From positions 70,653-134,652 of the forward strand of contig JBEKIG010000005.1 in assembly GCA_050011875.1 (NCBI GenBank): 64,000 bases of DNA, read 5' to 3'. The stretch is from Nitrososphaeria archaeon. GTDB lineage: Archaea; Thermoproteota; Nitrososphaeria; JACIWG01. Shown here one piece after another: positions 59,134 through 64,000 of the stretch. The notes under the pieces were generated by a model. That model made no database searches, had not been told where the DNA came from, and saw nothing but the letters and a program-made list of their open reading frames with translations. The translations under genes were made by a program, and so were the position numbers. Within the stretch, counting starts at the first letter, position 1, and the number at the start of each line of letters is the position of its first letter.

Positions 59134-60990
59134 ATGTCAGAAGGACACGACACTTTTTCAGCAAGGGTGGAGCAGACGAAGAAGAGGAGAATTCAAGACA
59201 GAGTTCTAATCACTAGACTCTATCAATACATGAAACCTTACAAAAGGAACTTGATCTTTGGCACGGTCTCTATTGCTGGAGGTGCATTGACGGGGCTGGC
59301 TTCGCCATATCTTCACTTACTAGCTATAAATGACATAATAACACCTACAATCCTGAATCATAGTTCTTCTTATCTCTCAGCATTCATCTGGTGGATTCCC
59401 ATTTTTGTTATTGTAACCCTGGGAACCTACTTTTTCCAGTACGTTCAGACATATCAGATGAGAATCGTGGGAGAAAATGTCGTCATGAACCTTAGGGATC
59501 AATGCACGGCTAAGTTGCAGCAGATATCACTCAGATATTTCTCGGAAGGCGAGATTGGGAGAATAATGTCAAGGCCAACCACAGACTCAAACCAGGTGAG
59601 AATATTCATAAGAATGGGATTGACAACGATGATTACAGATGTCGCTGCAATTTTAGGCTCGTTGGTAATAATATTCTTCCTTAGCTGGCAACTCGCGTTA
59701 GTTGCAGTTTCGGTTCTTCCAATAGCGGTAATTATGGCGTGGTTTCTTGGAGGATGGTCAAGAAAACAGTATAGGCAAACACTCACAAACCTTGCAGGTT
59801 TAGTAGGCAAACTACAGGAGAATTGCTCTGGAATTAAGGTTATAAAGGCACTTGTGAAAGAAGACGACGCTGCAAAAGGATTCGATGAAGTCAACAAAAA
59901 AACCGTTGACTCGTACAAACGGACTGTTTTGATCTCAACAGTGTACCAACCATTAATCAATACACTAAGGATAATCGGGACAGTATTGATACTTGGGTAC
60001 GGTGCGGTCTTAGCTATAAATGGAAGTATCAATTTAGGAATTCTTGCGGCATTCTTGGAGTACCAATTCTCCTATTTCACGCCCGTCACAGACTTTCTTA
60101 CAGCATATGACCAATATCAATCATGCATGTCTGCATTAGAAAGAATCTACGACCTTGTAGATACAAAAGTTGAAGTGATGGATCTCGACAAAGCTATAGA
60201 AATTGAGACCATAAATGATGTGAGATTTGAGAACGTCACCTTCGGGTACGACATTAACGAACCAGTCATACACGACATAAACTTGCACTTAGAAGGATCA
60301 GAGAAACTGGCTATAGTAGGACCCACAGGAGCGGGCAAGAGCACAATAATAAATCTTCTGGAGAGGTTCTATGATCCCATTGGAGGGAGAGTGCTCGTTA
60401 ACGGCTATGATGTCAAGGACATAAAGATTGCTTCTCTCCGTCGGCACATGAGCACAGTTCTTCAAGACTCCTTCCTCTTTTCGATGAGCGTAACAGATAA
60501 TATAAGGTTTGGAAAGCCTGAAGCATCTGACGCGGATGTAATTCAAGCAGCCAAAACCGTGGGGGCACACGAATTTATAATGAGACTGCCAAGAGGATAT
60601 GACTATGTTATAGAGGAGAGTTCATCGAATATCTCGATAGGACAGAGGCAACTGATAAGCTTCGCAAGAACCCTTCTAATGGATCCAAAGCTATTGATCC
60701 TGGATGAGGCTACTTCAAGCATTGATCCATACACCGAGCTGATGTTGCAGAACGCATTGAAGAAGCTTCTTGAAAACAGGATGGCCATCATAATAGCTCA
60801 CAGACTTTCAACGATAAGACTGTGTGATGAGATCTTAGTCATAGATCAGGGTAAAATTGTAGAGAAAGGATCACATGCTGAACTGATGAAGTTGAACGGT
60901 CTATACAGCTCATTCTACAGGATGCAGTTCAAGGAAGAACAAGGGGTTGAAATCGCTGCTGCAGAACCTAATCAGGAAAAGGTTAAATAA
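59134..60990 (+). CDS. ABC exporter fused permease/ATPase (heterodimer subunit 2)
   Basis: TM domain plus GPTGAGKS, ISIGQRQ, ILDEATS and IAHRLS. Confidence 0.93.
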   Translation: MSEGHDTFSARVEQTKKRRIQDRVLITRLYQYMKPYKRNLIFGTVSIAGGALTGLASPYLHLLAINDIITPTILNHSSSYLSAFIWWIPIFVIVTLGTYFFQYVQTYQMRIVGENVVMNLRDQCTAKLQQISLRYFSEGEIGRIMSRPTTDSNQVRIFIRMGLTTMITDVAAILGSLVIIFFLSWQLALVAVSVLPIAVIMAWFLGGWSRKQYRQTLTNLAGLVGKLQENCSGIKVIKALVKEDDAAKGFDEVNKKTVDSYKRTVLISTVYQPLINTLRIIGTVLILGYGAVLAINGSINLGILAAFLEYQFSYFTPVTDFLTAYDQYQSCMSALERIYDLVDTKVEVMDLDKAIEIETINDVRFENVTFGYDINEPVIHDINLHLEGSEKLAIVGPTGAGKSTIINLLERFYDPIGGRVLVNGYDVKDIKIASLRRHMSTVLQDSFLFSMSVTDNIRFGKPEASDADVIQAAKTVGAHEFIMRLPRGYDYVIEESSSNISIGQRQLISFARTLLMDPKLLILDEATSSIDPYTELMLQNALKKLLENRMAIIIAHRLSTIRLCDEILVIDQGKIVEKGSHAELMKLNGLYSSFYRMQFKEEQGVEIAAAEPNQEKVK

Positions 60991-61050
60991 ATACATCAGA
61001 AGACAAAAAAAGGTTGAATGCTTCTGATACATAAAAAGGGTCACCAAAAG

Positions 61051-61158
61051 ATGGTGGATTTGCGGAAACGCCTTGTAGCCGGCATATACTACGTTCTATC
61101 CGCAATTGTCATCGTTATAGTCATACTTCTCATATACCATATTGTTCTAACAGCATAG
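61051..61158 (+). CDS. Putative small single-TM protein (35 aa; alternative in-frame ATG at 61018)
   Basis: MVDLRKRLVAGIYYVLSAIVIVIVILLIYHIVLTA*: basic N-terminus followed by a long hydrophobic helix. Confidence 0.45.
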   Translation: MVDLRKRLVAGIYYVLSAIVIVIVILLIYHIVLTA

Positions 61159-61694
61159 AAAGTGAACTTCGTAAACCTACAAGTCAAATTTACCCATGCT
61201 TTTCCATAAAAGAAAAATGAGCTTGAACAGGTCCCTCGAAATTTTTGCGTATGTACGCTGGATATACGTCCATTAATATTGTAAAGAGAGACATGCGAGT
61301 TTGTATGTGGTTGTTGGAATAAAGAAATGAAGCAAATAGTAGCGATTTCTATATGAAACGTAGTTGGAATATAGCAAAAGTTATTATATATCATCGTCTT
61401 GTGAATTTAATAAATAGTGTATAAAAGTGGCAAGCAAAGTCGAGCTGAGAAGCGGGGCACTTTACAATTTAATCGTGGGTGATATTGTTATTCCACCTAA
61501 AATAATACTAGATTAGAAATGAACTCCGAATCGTTTTTCTTCACTGGGTCATATTCAAATTCTGAAATCAAAATATCTGGTCACTTTGAACCTGTATATA
61601 TAGAAAAACTGGTATCATTAACGATCTGCCTCAGCAAAATACTGAAAATTGCTGAATTTGAAGGACAGATCACTAGGTTAGACGAACACTTACA

Positions 61695-62897
61695 TTAAAA
61701 AAGCCCAGGTGCAAGCTGAACTTCGTCATGGATGATAATGAAGCGTATAAGGTCGTCCTTCGCGTGATTGCGAACCCATTCATCCGCTCGTGCCCAGTCC
61801 CCCAAGTTGTCATTGGTAACTATTCTGGCCTCGAACTCCTTGGCGTAATTGATGATGAATTCCTTCGCGTCGGTCTTGGACGGAACACTTCGGATCAACT
61901 TAGAGTTGTACAATTCATCATACACTGACTTGTCTTCCACTTCATGCTCCAGGTTAGCATCGCAGAGCACCAAAATGTCCCTGAATTCGAACTCTCGCAG
62001 CCGTTGAACAACTAATAGGATGTTCCTAGCTCTTGGTCTGTCGCCCGCCAACTTATTTCTTCCACTCCAAGTAACATTGTTTCCATCCACGATAACTTTA
62101 GTGATAGAATAGTTCTTGAACTCCTTCCTCTCAGGGTCGTAGACGCCGAGGTTGACAATCTGCTGATTCGTGGACAGGAATTTCTCCAAGGCGCCCTGGT
62201 CGCGCTCAAGTGTGTCTCCTTCTTGTTGAAGCGACTCTAAATACCATTTTGGCGTTCCGTTTTCTTGCCGCGGTTTCTCTGTCTGCAGAATCATCTGGAT
62301 TTCATAAAGTGACTTTATCCTGCCGAGGGATTTTCTGTTCAAGATATCAAAGACGTGAGCCTCGTCGAAAGTTGCAAATCCAAAGTCATCCTTGATCTTC
62401 TTGAGCTTTAGATACTCCCCGTACATTTCTCGTGTAGGGAAGCCCTTTGAGAATGCGTCCTCGAATTCGGTGAAACTTTCGAATCCTTGCTTTCGAATGG
62501 AGTAGTAAACCTCGCCCTCGGAAGACCCGGGGCTACCTTCGTGGATCTCCTTTAATTGGCCATTTTCAACCTTGTATTTCCGATTGCAATCACTGAATCC
62601 TAGCTTTAACCCCTCGAGGAGGTCTGCGAACGTGTTGTAACCATACGTTGGAAAGGAATAGTAGAACCCATTATCCATAAAGACGAATTCGTCGCTCCGT
62701 TCGTTTGTACAACGGTAGATCAACTTCGGTTGCTTTTCCGTCAGCAATTGCGCGTATTCCTTCACGTATCTGATTGCCAGCACCGGTAACCCAGAATAGT
62801 TGCTGACTTGCATGTATTCAAGTTTTGAAAAATCGGAAGACATAGCGAAATAATAAAACGGTTCCAGATATTTAACCTTTGAATGATCCCACTTCAT
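61695..62897 (-). CDS. Protein with C-terminal NYN/PIN (Zc3h12a-like) ribonuclease domain
   Basis: VIVDGNNV, LCDANL and IVTNDNL motifs. Confidence 0.78.
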   Translation of the reverse strand: MKWDHSKVKYLEPFYYFAMSSDFSKLEYMQVSNYSGLPVLAIRYVKEYAQLLTEKQPKLIYRCTNERSDEFVFMDNGFYYSFPTYGYNTFADLLEGLKLGFSDCNRKYKVENGQLKEIHEGSPGSSEGEVYYSIRKQGFESFTEFEDAFSKGFPTREMYGEYLKLKKIKDDFGFATFDEAHVFDILNRKSLGRIKSLYEIQMILQTEKPRQENGTPKWYLESLQQEGDTLERDQGALEKFLSTNQQIVNLGVYDPERKEFKNYSITKVIVDGNNVTWSGRNKLAGDRPRARNILLVVQRLREFEFRDILVLCDANLEHEVEDKSVYDELYNSKLIRSVPSKTDAKEFIINYAKEFEARIVTNDNLGDWARADEWVRNHAKDDLIRFIIIHDEVQLAPGLF

Positions 62898-62950
62898 GCG
62901 ACAGATTTATTTTCGATTTATCCATGTCAAACAAGTAAAATTAAGCTTTT

Positions 62951-62991
62951 CGCAATTCATCTCCTACCTGAAGGTCGGAGCTTTCTTGCTC
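62951..62991. mobile_element. Orphan IS200/IS605-family end hairpin
   Basis: Minus strand reads GAGCAAGAAAGCTCCGACC-TTCA-GGTAGGAGATGAATTGCG, typical of IS605/IS1341 end structure. Confidence 0.65.
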
Positions 62992-63217
62992 ATTAGTAAA
63001 TTTAAGGGCATGTTAAAGGAACATCTTAAAGACCGTTAAAGAACTCTTTAACCTTTAAATTTAAAGGAACTTAATAGTTCAACTGGGAACAGACGGTAAA
63101 CGAGGGTGACGATAAGAAAGTCTTAAGAACGCTTCATATGGTTAATAAATTAAAAAAGAAGTGTCGTTTTTTTCGGTATAATCGGGTTTGACTTTGTGTC
63201 TTAATCGTAGTTACAGA

Positions 63218-64000
63218 TTAAGCAACAGTAGAAGTAACAGTAACAGTCGTAGTTGAAGTAGCAGTTGAAGTTGGTTGCGTAGTAGTTGAAGTCGTATTTG
63301 AAATTGGTTGCGTAGTGAAGAAGGTCAAGATGATTTCTCCGCTGACCGTTTTGCTAGATATAGAGGAAAAGCTGTTGTCCAAGATCAGGTAGTAGCTTTG
63401 GCCGGCTGGAAGCAAAACGCTGATGTTTGCTGAAGTAATCTGACCGCTATCGTAGTAAGAACTTGTTGTGGTACCGTTATACCAGTTATTGTACTGGTCG
63501 CTGTTCATGATATAAACCTCGATGTCGTTTCCTGTTCCACCTGAAGCAGTGAAATTACCGGTCACGGTCACGTTCATTGCACCGGCTGTAACGTTGAACG
63601 GGGAATAATCAAAATAGCTCGCATCCACGGATATTGAACCGTTAAAAAGGTAAACTGTATACTTATACCCAGTAACATTCCCGTATTGGGCAGTTGTTGA
63701 ATAGGTAATCAAGGAGGTTGTATTCGTAGATGAAGTTATAGTACTAGTTCCGCTAGGGAAGGGAAAGAAGAGAAACGCAAAAACAGCGACCACTACGACC
63801 ACGATCAGTATGTTCCTCAAGCGATGCGACTTGCGCGGACTTTGGGGATTGTTTGAGCCGTAGGACCATCCTGACCCTGGTTGAGTTGCAGGCTGCTGTA
63901 TTGCAGGTGTGACCTTTAGGTCTTGGCCGCAGTAGGGACATATCGTCATGTAAGGCTGTAATTCTTTACCACAATGTGGGCATGTGGTTGTTGTATTAGA
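63218..64000 (-). CDS. Double zinc-ribbon, single-TM membrane protein with extracellular beta-sandwich and Thr-rich tail (5' end outside window)
   Basis: Frame stays open to the window end and adds CPHCG before CPYCG; TM ILIVVVVVAVFAFLFF; YYLILDNSFS motif. Confidence 0.8.
   Translation of the reverse strand, partial: SNTTTTCPHCGKELQPYMTICPYCGQDLKVTPAIQQPATQPGSGWSYGSNNPQSPRKSHRLRNILIVVVVVAVFAFLFFPFPSGTSTITSSTNTTSLITYSTTAQYGNVTGYKYTVYLFNGSISVDASYFDYSPFNVTAGAMNVTVTGNFTASGGTGNDIEVYIMNSDQYNNWYNGTTTSSYYDSGQITSANISVLLPAGQSYYLILDNSFSSISSKTVSGEIILTFFTTQPISNTTSTTTQPTSTATSTTTVTVTSTVA

Noticed and set aside
63230-63320. Tandem-like GTAGTTGAAGT repeats
   Set aside because: Explained by the Thr/Ser-rich protein tail

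Overview
Archaeal chromosomal window, most likely from a TACK-superphylum organism (Bathyarchaeia/Nitrososphaerota/Brockarchaeota-like). The evidence is a Snf7/CdvB ESCRT-III gene, TackOD1-like domains, a split glutamate synthase, an archaeal pilin and TATA-type promoters. In order, the window holds: a surface-glycan cluster (2 GT4, polysaccharide deacetylase, methyltransferase); a ThiI-like enzyme and an MFS transporter; a 12-gene complex-I-like group 4 [NiFe]-hydrogenase operon with an atypical HypA; a glyoxylate/glycerate cluster; a nitrogen cluster (GNAT-amtB-glnK and a five-gene glutamate synthase operon); ABC exporters; an oxidative-stress/iron block (catalase/PerR-like, feoB/DtxR) with visible operators; ESCRT-III, arsC and an aminotransferase. 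The most unusual part is 51-57 kb. A tandem-HTH Lrp-like regulator converges on an unannotated 46-aa signal-peptide-like ORF. Next to these is a pilus ATPase + pilin cassette bounded by a perfect 115-bp inverted repeat that lies inside two reciprocally broken TackOD1-like paralogs; flipping the cassette would rebuild one intact 321-aa gene. Also seen: three orphan IS200/IS605-superfamily end hairpins (one IscB/omega-RNA type), probable ACG and CTG starts, and a displaced gene fragment. No rRNA, tRNA or CRISPR array was recognised. All calls come from reading the sequence; no database searches were run.
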